DNA from: an uncultured Pelagibacteraceae bacterium
Lineage (GTDB): Bacteria; Pseudomonadota; Alphaproteobacteria; Pelagibacterales; Pelagibacteraceae
Direction: 5' to 3'
Length of the DNA: 64,000 bases
NCBI GenBank assembly: GCA_902597865.1
Contig: CACJZL010000003.1
Location: forward strand, 12,934 to 76,933
A program made the position numbers and the translations under genes. The notes under the pieces are model-generated. The model was not told the DNA's origin, did not search any database, and worked only from the letters and a program-made list of their open reading frames with translations. Positions 54,090 to 64,000 of this stretch are shown here, piece after piece. Within the stretch, counting starts at the first letter, position 1, and each line of letters starts with the position of its first letter.

Positions 54090-55024
54090 TATAGTTTCTG
54101 TTTTATTAAATTTGCAATTCTATTAGTTTCATCAAGTTTTTCATATTTCCATATATCTAAACTATTTTCTAAATTTTTTATAATATTTAATTTACTAAAC
54201 AAGTCCCTAAATTGCCTAAACCTGTGGTCATCCCTTTTTGGTGGTATTTGAGCTACATATATTGGTTTTCCGGTTAAAGCAGCTTCAGAAATCATCGACG
54301 TCGAGTCACAAGTCACTACTAAAAATTTAGCAATCGAGAGGCCACTTAAATAAGCTTTTTTGTCTACACTTTGAACAACAAGATTTTCACTTCCAAAAAA
54401 TTTATTCGCGTATTCAATAGTGTCGGCTGGTGTTCTCATGGAGGGAATAATAATAATTTGAAGATTATTTTTTTCTGCTAAAGCCTTAATGTTTTCAAAA
54501 ATACTACTCAAGTTCTTTTTATCGTATTTGTAGTACTTATTCGGGCCTCCTAAAACTAGAAGTATTTGTTCTTTGCTTTTATTAATTTTATCAACTAAGT
54601 AATCATGATTTTCTTCAATTTCTGTCAAAGTAAGATAGTGTAAAGCACCTTTGGAGCTAATAATGTTTTTTCCATTCAATCCATCATGCTCAGGTACAAT
54701 CACATAATCAAAATTTGAAAATGAAACTTTAGGATCCTGAATATGAATATTCACAATTTTTTTTTTTGAATTCTTTTTTAGATATAGTGAAGGTATAACG
54801 CTTTTTCTTCCACATGAAATAATCAAATCAATTTCTGGAACTGTGAACTTTTTAAAAAATAAATTTGAAATTGGAGTTATTTTTGGAGGAAAAAGTTTTG
54901 CAAACATGTTCATTTCAACTTTTTGGTGAGTGTAATCAACGTCTAATGCTTTAGCTAAACCCTCGACTTGACTTATCATGCCATGCATTCCCTCTGTTAA
55001 TAATAACCCTTTTAATTTAGACAT
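54089..55024 (-). CDS. ELM1/GtrOC1 (DUF1022) family putative glycosyltransferase
   Basis: G..G..SQ..GLA, DLIISCGR, IQDP, P.HD, G.LH, LGG, S.RTP, VTCDS.SMISEA..TGKP. Confidence 0.85.
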   Translation of the reverse strand: MSKLKGLLLTEGMHGMISQVEGLAKALDVDYTHQKVEMNMFAKLFPPKITPISNLFFKKFTVPEIDLIISCGRKSVIPSLYLKKNSKKKIVNIHIQDPKVSFSNFDYVIVPEHDGLNGKNIISSKGALHYLTLTEIEENHDYLVDKINKSKEQILLVLGGPNKYYKYDKKNLSSIFENIKALAEKNNLQIIIIPSMRTPADTIEYANKFFGSENLVVQSVDKKAYLSGLSIAKFLVVTCDSTSMISEAALTGKPIYVAQIPPKRDDHRFRQFRDLFSKLNIIKNLENSLDIWKYEKLDETNRIANLIKQKL

Positions 55025-55045
55025 AAATTACTATATAGCTTTGAT

Positions 55046-55990
55046 ATGAATCAAAATCCAACTAAACACACAAAAGTGTTAATAATTGGGTCTGGCCCAG
55101 CCGGATATACAGCGGCAGTTTATGCTGCGAGAGCTATGTTAAATCCAATTTTAGTTCATGGAATGGAACCTGGTGGACAGTTAACTACAACTACTGATGT
55201 TGAAAATTATCCTGGATTTGCAAAAGTAATTCAAGGGCCTTGGCTAATGGACCAAATGAAAGATCAAGCTAAAGCTGTTGGAACTGAAATGATTGAAGAT
55301 CATATCTCATCTGTTAATTTTAAGTCTAAGCCTTTTGAAGCTGTTGGTGAAAGTGGTAAAAAATATACTGCAGATTCAATTATAATTTCTACAGGCGCTC
55401 AAGCAAGATGGTTAAATCTCGAGTCTGAAAAGAAATTTAGAGGCTTTGGGGTTTCTGCATGTGCTACATGTGATGGTTTCTTTTTTAAAGAAAAAACTGT
55501 TGCAGTAGTTGGTGGTGGAAATGCTGCCGTTGAAGAGGCAATGTTTCTCACAAAATTTGCTTCAAAGGTAAAACTTATTCATAGAAGAGATAAGTTACGA
55601 GCAGAAAAAATGTTGCAAAAAAAGCTTATGGATAATAAAAAAATTGAGATTATTTGGGACTCAGTCGTTGAGGAAATTATTGGGGATGATGATCCTAAAA
55701 ATGTTAAAGGTTTAAAAATCAAGAATGTAAAGAATAACAAAACAAGTGATTTGAAAATCGATGGACTATTTATTGCGATTGGCCATGATCCTGCAACTCA
55801 ACTGTTTAAAGATCAATTAAAAATGGATAAAGAAGGCTATTTGATTACAAAGCCAGACTCCACAGAAACAAACGTTCCAGGAATATTTGCAGCCGGAGAT
55901 GTTAAAGACAAAATTTTTAGACAAGCTGTTACAGCGGCAGGTATGGGGTGTATGGCTGCTTTAGAGGCAGAAAAATATCTAGCAGATTAG
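55046..55990 (+). CDS. trxB: Thioredoxin-disulfide reductase
   Basis: GSGPAGYTAA, GGQLTTTTDVENYPG, SACATCDG, GGGNAAVEEA, FAAGDV. Confidence 0.98.
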   Translation: MNQNPTKHTKVLIIGSGPAGYTAAVYAARAMLNPILVHGMEPGGQLTTTTDVENYPGFAKVIQGPWLMDQMKDQAKAVGTEMIEDHISSVNFKSKPFEAVGESGKKYTADSIIISTGAQARWLNLESEKKFRGFGVSACATCDGFFFKEKTVAVVGGGNAAVEEAMFLTKFASKVKLIHRRDKLRAEKMLQKKLMDNKKIEIIWDSVVEEIIGDDDPKNVKGLKIKNVKNNKTSDLKIDGLFIAIGHDPATQLFKDQLKMDKEGYLITKPDSTETNVPGIFAAGDVKDKIFRQAVTAAGMGCMAALEAEKYLAD

Positions 55991-55993
55991 ATT

Positions 55994-57205
<1,212 letters not shown>

Positions 57206-57229
57206 TTATTTTATTACTTTGTTTAATAT

Positions 57230-59404
57230 ATGCAAAATACATATCAAGATTTAATTACCGATTTAGAGGGAAAAAAACCACAAATCAGTGGAAAACTTGA
57301 GGGAGGAAAGAAGTTTAAAATAATTTCAAATTTTACACCCGCAGGTGATCAACCAGAAGCAATTAAAAAACTGGTCTCTGGGGCTAATAAAGAACAATTT
57401 AATCAAGTTTTATTGGGGGTTACGGGATCAGGTAAAACTTTCACAATGGCAAAAGTTATTGAAGCTACGAATAGACCAGCTTTAATATTAGCCCCAAACA
57501 AAACATTAGCTGCTCAACTTTACGGCGAAATGAAAACTTTTTTTCCTGAAAATGCTGTGGAGTATTTTGTTTCATATTATGACTACTATACTCCTGAAGC
57601 ATACGTACCAAGGTCAGATACATATATCGAAAAAGAAGCTTCAATAAATGAACAGATTGATAGAATGCGTCACTCAGCAACAAGATCTTTGCTAGAAAGA
57701 GATGACGTACTTATTGTTGCGAGTGTGTCGTGTATTTACGGATTAGGTTCCGTAGAAGCTTATAGTAAAATGACACTAACACTCCAAAAAAATTATGAAT
57801 ATAACAGGGAACAAATAATTAAATCCTTTGTTGCTTTACAATACAAAAGGAATGATCAAAACTTTTATCGAGGCACTTTTAGAGTAAGAGGTGAAAATCT
57901 TGAAATTTTTCCTTCACATCTAGAAGATAGAGCCTGGAGAATAAGTCTCTTTGGAAATAAACTTGAACAAATAGAAGAGTTTGATCCTTTGACTGGTGAC
58001 AAGGTCAGAGATTTAAACTTAATAAAAGTTTATGCAAACAGTCACTACATTACACCAAAGCCTACTGTAGAGCAGGCAGTGATAAATATCCGAAAAGAAT
58101 TAGAGCTTACTCTTAAAAAACATAAATCTGAAAATAAGTTATTAGAAGCACAAAGACTAGAGGAGAGAACAAAGTTTGACTTAGAAATGATAGAAGCTAC
58201 TGGATCTTGCGCGGGAATTGAGAACTATTCAAGATTTTTATCTGGTAGAAAACCGGGTGAACCTCCACCGACTCTATTCGAGTACTTTCCAGATAATGCA
58301 ATTATATTTGTTGACGAGTCCCATGTAACCGTTCCTCAATTAAATGGAATGTATAAAGGAGATAGATCAAGAAAAAGTACACTTGCTGAATATGGATTCA
58401 GATTACCTTCGTGTATGGATAATAGGCCATTAAAATTTGAAGAATGGGATTTAATGAGAACACAAACCATCTTTGTTTCAGCAACCCCAGGACCGTGGGA
58501 ACTAGAGCAGACAAAAGGTAAATACATAGACCAAGTTATTAGACCCACTGGATTAATTGATCCAGAGGTAGAGGTGAGACCAGCAAAAAATCAGGTGGAT
58601 GATTTAATGCACGAGTGTAAAAAAATTGTTGAAAAGAATTATAGAGTTCTAGTTACCACTTTAACAAAAAAAATGGCAGAGGATTTGACTGAGTATCTCC
58701 ATGAGAATGGAATTAAAGTTAGGTATCTTCATTCAGATATTGATACGCTTGAAAGGATAGAAATTATGCGGGATCTTCGTATGGGTGTTTTTGATGTTTT
58801 AGTTGGAATTAACTTATTAAGAGAAGGGCTCGATATACCTGAATGTGCATTAGTTGGTATTTTAGATGCAGATAAAGAAGGGTTTCTAAGATCTGAAACA
58901 TCTCTAATTCAAACAATTGGAAGGGCTGCAAGAAATGTCGAAGGAAAAGTAATCTTATATGCAGATAAAGAAACAAAAAGTATTAAAAAAGCAATACTGG
59001 AAACAAAAAGAAGAAGAGAAATTCAATTAGATTACAACAAAAAAAATAAAATTGATGCTAAATCAATTAAAAAAGAAATAAGCGATATTTTAGAAAGTGT
59101 TTACGAAAAAGATTACGTAAAAATTAGTGAGGGATCAAATATAGGTGGCAATTTAAAAAAACACTTGAAGGGTTTAAATAAAAAAATGAAAGATGCTGCA
59201 TCTAATTTAGAGTTTGAAGAAGCGGCTAAATTAAGAGATGAGATTAGAAAATTGGAAAGTACTGAACTTGAAATTACTTTAAACCCTAAAATAAGACAAT
59301 ATGATGTAAAAAATAAGCTTTATCCTAAAGGTAGATCCACTCTAGGAATGCCAGGAACTAAGGTAACTAAAAAAAGAGATAAAAAGTGGAAGCACAAAAA
59401 ATAA
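57230..59404 (+). CDS. uvrB: Excinuclease ABC subunit B
   Basis: [47 protein letters not shown]-terminal UVR domain. Confidence 0.98.
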   Translation: MQNTYQDLITDLEGKKPQISGKLEGGKKFKIISNFTPAGDQPEAIKKLVSGANKEQFNQVLLGVTGSGKTFTMAKVIEATNRPALILAPNKTLAAQLYGEMKTFFPENAVEYFVSYYDYYTPEAYVPRSDTYIEKEASINEQIDRMRHSATRSLLERDDVLIVASVSCIYGLGSVEAYSKMTLTLQKNYEYNREQIIKSFVALQYKRNDQNFYRGTFRVRGENLEIFPSHLEDRAWRISLFGNKLEQIEEFDPLTGDKVRDLNLIKVYANSHYITPKPTVEQAVINIRKELELTLKKHKSENKLLEAQRLEERTKFDLEMIEATGSCAGIENYSRFLSGRKPGEPPPTLFEYFPDNAIIFVDESHVTVPQLNGMYKGDRSRKSTLAEYGFRLPSCMDNRPLKFEEWDLMRTQTIFVSATPGPWELEQTKGKYIDQVIRPTGLIDPEVEVRPAKNQVDDLMHECKKIVEKNYRVLVTTLTKKMAEDLTEYLHENGIKVRYLHSDIDTLERIEIMRDLRMGVFDVLVGINLLREGLDIPECALVGILDADKEGFLRSETSLIQTIGRAARNVEGKVILYADKETKSIKKAILETKRRREIQLDYNKKNKIDAKSIKKEISDILESVYEKDYVKISEGSNIGGNLKKHLKGLNKKMKDAASNLEFEEAAKLRDEIRKLESTELEITLNPKIRQYDVKNKLYPKGRSTLGMPGTKVTKKRDKKWKHKK

Positions 59405-60141
59405 TAATTACTGGGGGAGCAACTAGAATAGGTGCTGCAATAGCTAGGAGTTTATCTGGAATTAATAAAGATATAGTCATTCATTATAATAAATCAAAAT
59501 CGAAAGCTGAAAATTTAAAAAAAGAACTAATAAAAACAGGATCAAAGGTTTATCTTGTTAAGGGTGATTTAGGAAAAGAAAAAGATTTAAATAAGATAGT
59601 AAAATTTGCAAAATCGAAACTAAAATACTTTGATTGTTTAATAAATAACGCATCAATTTTCGAGAACGATAAACTAGAAAATTTCAATTTAAGTAGTTGG
59701 GAAAAACATTTATCTATTAATCTTAAAGCTCCGGCAATATTATCGAGAGAATTTGGAAAAAATATAAAAGGAAAAAATAACAACATAATAAACATAATTG
59801 ATCAAAGAGTTTTTAAACTTACCCCCTTCTTTTTTTCATATACTTTAAGTAAAACAGGTCTTTATACTTTGACTAAAACTAGTGCCATGAGTCTTGCGCC
59901 TCGTGTAAGAGTTAATGGAATAGCACCTGGACCAACGATTAAAAATAAAAGACAATCAAAAGGCCACTTTAGAAGGCAATATCTCTCAACGCTTTTAAAA
60001 AAACAAGTAGACGTGGAAGAAATATGTAATGCTGTTGACTTTTTTATTAAAAATAGATCTATTACAGGGCAAGTAATTTCAATCGATAGTGGTCAAAGCT
60101 TAAACTGGCAAACACCAGATGTCTTGAAAAGTAAGGAATGA
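59386..60141 (+). CDS. SDR oxidoreductase, pteridine reductase/FolM-like
   Basis: TGGATRIG (Arg-containing pteridine-reductase type), HYN.S, INNAS.F, NIID, YTLSK, VNGIAPG. Confidence 0.8.
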   Translation: MEAQKIIITGGATRIGAAIARSLSGINKDIVIHYNKSKSKAENLKKELIKTGSKVYLVKGDLGKEKDLNKIVKFAKSKLKYFDCLINNASIFENDKLENFNLSSWEKHLSINLKAPAILSREFGKNIKGKNNNIINIIDQRVFKLTPFFFSYTLSKTGLYTLTKTSAMSLAPRVRVNGIAPGPTIKNKRQSKGHFRRQYLSTLLKKQVDVEEICNAVDFFIKNRSITGQVISIDSGQSLNWQTPDVLKSKE

Positions 60142-60557
60142 AAAGAAGTAATTTAAAAATTGTAAAAATTAATAAATCTAAAAAGCTTTTTAATTATGAA
60201 AAAAAAGTTCTTATAAAAGAATTGCTACTAGACCTTAAAATTGGATATTTTGACTTTGAGAAAGAAAAAAAACAAAAAGTAAAATTTTCACTTGAAATAG
60301 ATTATGTAGACAAAAAACCATCAAGTGATAAAGACATCAAATCAATTGTAAATTACGCAAAAGTCGTAAGATTAATTAAAAAACTTGTTAAAAAAAAACA
60401 TTACAATTTTCTTGAAACATTAGCAGAAGATGTTTTTGATGAACTTTTTAAAGATAAAAGAATAGATAAAATAAGCCTTCAAATAGAAAAACTCGAGATA
60501 ATGAGAGATTGCTCTTCTGTTGGGATACAAATCTCAAAAAAAAGAAGTCATGATTAG
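60138..60557 (+). CDS. folB: Dihydroneopterin aldolase family protein
   Basis: IG.FDFEK...Q, VNY, FLETLAE, EKLE, VGI. Confidence 0.85.
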   Translation: MKRSNLKIVKINKSKKLFNYEKKVLIKELLLDLKIGYFDFEKEKKQKVKFSLEIDYVDKKPSSDKDIKSIVNYAKVVRLIKKLVKKKHYNFLETLAEDVFDELFKDKRIDKISLQIEKLEIMRDCSSVGIQISKKRSHD

Positions 60558-62385
60558 TTCTGAAATTGGAAAAGAAATCATAAAGAAAGAATTGCCTTTA
60601 ATTCCAAAGCTTCCAGGTGTTTACAAAATGCTGAGTGATAAAGATCAAATTCTTTATGTTGGTAAAGCAAAAAACCTACCTAACAGACTCAAAAGTTATG
60701 TATCGGAAAAAAATCATATTATTAGAACTGAGAGAATGCTGTCTCAAACACGAAAAATTGAAATAACAACTACATCAAATGAAAGTGAGGCACTACTTCT
60801 TGAAGCTAATCTTATTAAAAAACATAAACCAAAGTTTAATATCTTACTAAGAGATGACAAATCTTTTCCATTTATTTTTATCGGCAATAAAGACAAGTGG
60901 TCTCAAATAAAAAGACATAGAGGTAAAAAAACTAAGGAAGGTTTTTATTTTGGTCCTTTTGCATCTGCTGGATCTGCTAACTGGACTATAAAAATGATCC
61001 AAAAAATATTCCATCTTAGAGTTTGTGATGATACTGTTTTTAAAAATAGACAGCGACCTTGTATTTTATATCAGATCAAAAGATGTTCAGGTCCTTGTGT
61101 TGGTTATATTGATGAAAGTGAATACAAAAGAACAGTTGATGATGCAGTTGAGTTTGTCTCTGGTAAATCAAGAAAGATACAAAAAAATTTATCCGACCAA
61201 ATGGAAAAAGCTAGCGAGAGTCTTGATTTTGAGAAAGCAGGTATTCTCAGAGATAGAATAAAATCGCTTAACATAATTCAATCATCTCAAAGGATAAATG
61301 AAGCAAATTTAGTTGAAGCCGATGTAATTGCGGCATATAAAGAATCTGGACAAACTTGTATACAAGTATTCTTTTACAGATCTAAACAAAATTGGGGTAA
61401 TCAAGCTTTTTTTCCAAAACATGATCCCGATGAAAATTTAGGCAATATTTTAAATTCTTTTGTTTCGCAATTTTATGAAAATAAAAGTGTCCCATCCTCA
61501 ATTATTCTATCCCAAGATATTAAAGAGAAAATTTTAATAGAACAGACGCTTTCACAAAAAGAGAGTAAACAAGTGAATATTTCTGTGGCCAAAAAAGGTT
61601 CTAAGTTAAAAGTAATTAATCAAGCAATTAAAAATGCAAAAGATAGTTTAAATAGAAAGCTTCATGAAACTCAAAATAACAGAGAGCTATTTGAATCGGT
61701 TGTCGCAAAATTTAATTTAGAAACAAATATTAATCTTATTGAAGTTTACGACAATAGTCATATTCAAGGAACAAATAGTGTTGGAGCATTAATTTCTTAT
61801 GGAGATGAGGGATTTATTAAAAAAAGATATAGGAAATTTAATATAAAAATGAAGAAAAATGAACAAGACGATTATGGTATGATGAAAGAAGTGCTCACAA
61901 GAAGATTTAAAAAAGCAGTGCAAGAAAAAGAAGGTCATCTTTCATTTCCTGATCTTATTTTTGTTGATGGAGGAAAAGGTCAATATTCAGTAGCAAGAGA
62001 GACATTAAATGAACTTGGGCTTCATGATATTCCATTAATAGCGATTGCTAAAGGGAAGTTTAGAAATAGTGGAAATGAAACTTTTTTTCATAATGGAAAA
62101 GAATATAAGTTTTCAAAAAATGACCCTACTCTATTTTTTCTTCAAAGAATAAGGGACGAGTCTCACAGATTTGCAATTAGCGCTCATAGAGCTAGAAGAA
62201 AAAAAGGTATAAGTAAATCCTTATTGGATCAAATAGAAGGTATAGGATCAATTAGAAAAAGAGCTTTGCTTAACCATTTTGGTTCAGCAAGGGCAGTGGA
62301 GTCTGCTAGTTTGGATGAGATTAAGTCAGTGGAAGGAGTTGAGGAAAAAGTTGCAAAAAAGATATATAATTTCTTCCACGAATGA
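60550..62385 (+). CDS. uvrC: Excinuclease ABC subunit C
   Basis: GIY-YIG (PGVY.M...[13 protein letters not shown]), [27 protein letters not shown]-terminal HhH. Start moved to ATG 60550. Confidence 0.97.
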   Translation: MISSEIGKEIIKKELPLIPKLPGVYKMLSDKDQILYVGKAKNLPNRLKSYVSEKNHIIRTERMLSQTRKIEITTTSNESEALLLEANLIKKHKPKFNILLRDDKSFPFIFIGNKDKWSQIKRHRGKKTKEGFYFGPFASAGSANWTIKMIQKIFHLRVCDDTVFKNRQRPCILYQIKRCSGPCVGYIDESEYKRTVDDAVEFVSGKSRKIQKNLSDQMEKASESLDFEKAGILRDRIKSLNIIQSSQRINEANLVEADVIAAYKESGQTCIQVFFYRSKQNWGNQAFFPKHDPDENLGNILNSFVSQFYENKSVPSSIILSQDIKEKILIEQTLSQKESKQVNISVAKKGSKLKVINQAIKNAKDSLNRKLHETQNNRELFESVVAKFNLETNINLIEVYDNSHIQGTNSVGALISYGDEGFIKKRYRKFNIKMKKNEQDDYGMMKEVLTRRFKKAVQEKEGHLSFPDLIFVDGGKGQYSVARETLNELGLHDIPLIAIAKGKFRNSGNETFFHNGKEYKFSKNDPTLFFLQRIRDESHRFAISAHRARRKKGISKSLLDQIEGIGSIRKRALLNHFGSARAVESASLDEIKSVEGVEEKVAKKIYNFFHE

Positions 62386-62963
62386 AAATAAAATTTCCTA
62401 ATTACCTAACGATTGGAAGAATTATAATAGTCCCAGTTTTTGTTTTAACATATTACTTACCTGGGTTTTACGGAGATATAATTCCATTTACGTTATTTGT
62501 TATTGCATCTTTTACTGATTTTTTGGATGGCCTACTTGCACGATTATACAAAGAGGAGTCTAAACTCGGGGAACTCTTAGATCCTATAGCAGACAAAATT
62601 ATTGTAGCAACAGCGCTTATTTTACTCGTTATGGATGGAACAATAAAAAATTATGAGGTAATCGCAGCAATAATCATTTTAACTCGTGAAATTTTAATTT
62701 CAGGCCTGAGAGAATTTTTAGCAAAAGGACAAGTGAATTTGCCAGTATCAGGATTAGCTAAATTAAAAACTTTCTTACAGATGTTTTCAATATCATTACT
62801 TTTAACTGGTGAAACTGGGAATAAAATAATTAATTTTCAAGACTACAACGCTCAAACTATAGGTATTGTTTTGTTATGGCTTTCAGCTTTTATCACCTTG
62901 TATACAGCTTACGATTATCTTAGAAAAGGTATTGATCATGCAATATCAGAAGACAACAAATAA
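62382..62963 (+). CDS. pgsA: CDP-diacylglycerol--glycerol-3-phosphate 3-phosphatidyltransferase
   Basis: [15 protein letters not shown]...[19 protein letters not shown]; uvrC-pgsA synteny. Confidence 0.96.
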   Translation: MKIKFPNYLTIGRIIIVPVFVLTYYLPGFYGDIIPFTLFVIASFTDFLDGLLARLYKEESKLGELLDPIADKIIVATALILLVMDGTIKNYEVIAAIIILTREILISGLREFLAKGQVNLPVSGLAKLKTFLQMFSISLLLTGETGNKIINFQDYNAQTIGIVLLWLSAFITLYTAYDYLRKGIDHAISEDNK

Positions 62964-63845
62964 TTAAGCTGCAATTTTTTTTCTAACGAAAGATTGATAA
63001 CTATCTGATAAATCCATTATTGTTTTGCAAACTTTAAAAGAATAATTTGATATTTTCGAAACAGGTGTTACTTCTGCTGCAGTACCTGTTAAGAAGCATC
63101 CAACAAAATCCTTTAATTCGTTGGGTGAGATTTTTCTTTCAATAACTTTGATATTTTTAGATTTTGCAATTTCAATCACAGTTCTTCTAGTAATTCCATC
63201 TAAGAATGAGTCTGGTACTGGAGTATGTAGTTCCCCTTTTGTATCCTTAAAAAAAATATTTGCACCAGTTGCTTCTGCAACATTTCCCTCGTGATCTAAC
63301 ATTAGAGAATCTGTATAGCCTTGTCTCTCTGCCTCGTGTTTTGACAAAGTGCAAATCATGTAAAGTCCTGAAGCTTTTGTATCCCATGGTACTGAGTCAG
63401 GAGAAGGTCTTCTCCAATTCGATATATTTAACTTAATACCTTCAGTTTTAAGTTTAGGATCAAAATAAGATCCCCACTCCCAGGTTGCAATGGCCACATG
63501 AATTTTTGTTTGTTGAGCCGAGATTGCCATCATCTCACTTCCTCTCCAAGCTACAGGTCTTACATATCCATTTTTTACATTTTGAGCTGATACAATTTTT
63601 TTTGTTGCAATATTTATGTCGCTCTCAGAATAAGGAATTTCAAAACCCATTCTTTTTGCCGAATAAAAAAATCTTGAAGTATGTTCCTCAAGTTTAAAAA
63701 TATTTCCGTCATAAACTCTTTCACCTTCAAATACACAACTTCCATAATGTAAACCATGACTTAAAACATGTAGCTTTACATCAGACCAATCGACTATGTC
63801 TGAATTGTACCATATTTTACCGTCTCTTTTATCGTAAGGAATCAT
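62964..63845 (-). CDS. ilvE: Branched-chain amino acid aminotransferase
   Basis: HGLHYGSCVFEG, YVRP..WRG, KASGLY, EATGANIF, LDGITR, FLTGTAAEVTPV. Confidence 0.95.
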   Translation of the reverse strand: MIPYDKRDGKIWYNSDIVDWSDVKLHVLSHGLHYGSCVFEGERVYDGNIFKLEEHTSRFFYSAKRMGFEIPYSESDINIATKKIVSAQNVKNGYVRPVAWRGSEMMAISAQQTKIHVAIATWEWGSYFDPKLKTEGIKLNISNWRRPSPDSVPWDTKASGLYMICTLSKHEAERQGYTDSLMLDHEGNVAEATGANIFFKDTKGELHTPVPDSFLDGITRRTVIEIAKSKNIKVIERKISPNELKDFVGCFLTGTAAEVTPVSKISNYSFKVCKTIMDLSDSYQSFVRKKIAA

Positions 63846-63910
63846 ATTAAAAAGATTTATTTATAAAAAATATATTCCTATATATAATATGTCAATATAA
63901 CTTACCAATT

Positions 63911-64000
63911 ATGAAAAATCTTCTTTACCTAAAAGATGAACAATTAAAAGGTTTTATTGAAAAAATCTTTGTTGGTTACAGGGAAACATTTAATGACTCC
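63911..64000 (+). CDS. MarR-family regulator (PetP-like), N-terminal fragment at window edge
   Basis: MKNLLYLKDEQLKGFIEKIFVGYRETFNDS resembles PetP LFL.DEQL...IE..F.AYR.F..D; divergent from ilvE as in alphaproteobacteria. Only 30 codons visible. Confidence 0.65.
   Translation, partial: MKNLLYLKDEQLKGFIEKIFVGYRETFNDS

Overview
Very AT-rich, extremely compact alphaproteobacterial chromosome segment. Gene content, order and sequence point to a SAR11 (Candidatus Pelagibacter-like) genome; this assignment is inference. It is mostly housekeeping: isoprenoid synthesis (ispB, ispA, dxs), aroC, pdxH, rpoH, purA, thiD, glmM, folP, ftsH, tilS, tol-pal, tkt-gap-pgk-fba, efp, pntAA/AB/B, rpoD-dnaG, carAB, trxB, aspC, uvrB/C, pgsA and ilvE. 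Features missing from the ORF track were read by hand: tRNA-Arg(UCG), initiator tRNA-Met, a stand-alone 5S rRNA, rpmJ, a 36-aa cytochrome aa3 subunit IV-like peptide, and partial S49 peptidase and PetP/MarR genes at the edges. The only accessory-looking block is a ~6.3 kb glycosylation cassette (fcl, gmd, a GT-C-like membrane protein, two GT2s, a WecA-like transferase) between 5S and rpoD. Main observations: (i) a MOC1/phage-type resolvase sits where ruvC-ruvA-ruvB-ybgC is expected; (ii) the orphan 5S rRNA appears to head a transcript running into rpmJ, ctaH and pnt; (iii) the island next to 5S is tiny and ends at rpoD rather than at 23S; (iv) it encodes a candidate lipid-linked fucosylation module; (v) rpsU appears to have a strong SD and an AUU start; (vi) GAPDH has an NADP-type signature; (vii) 6S RNA is absent from its usual locus. 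No transposases, integrases, prophage genes or CRISPR arrays were seen. All calls come from motif recognition by eye; no searches were run.
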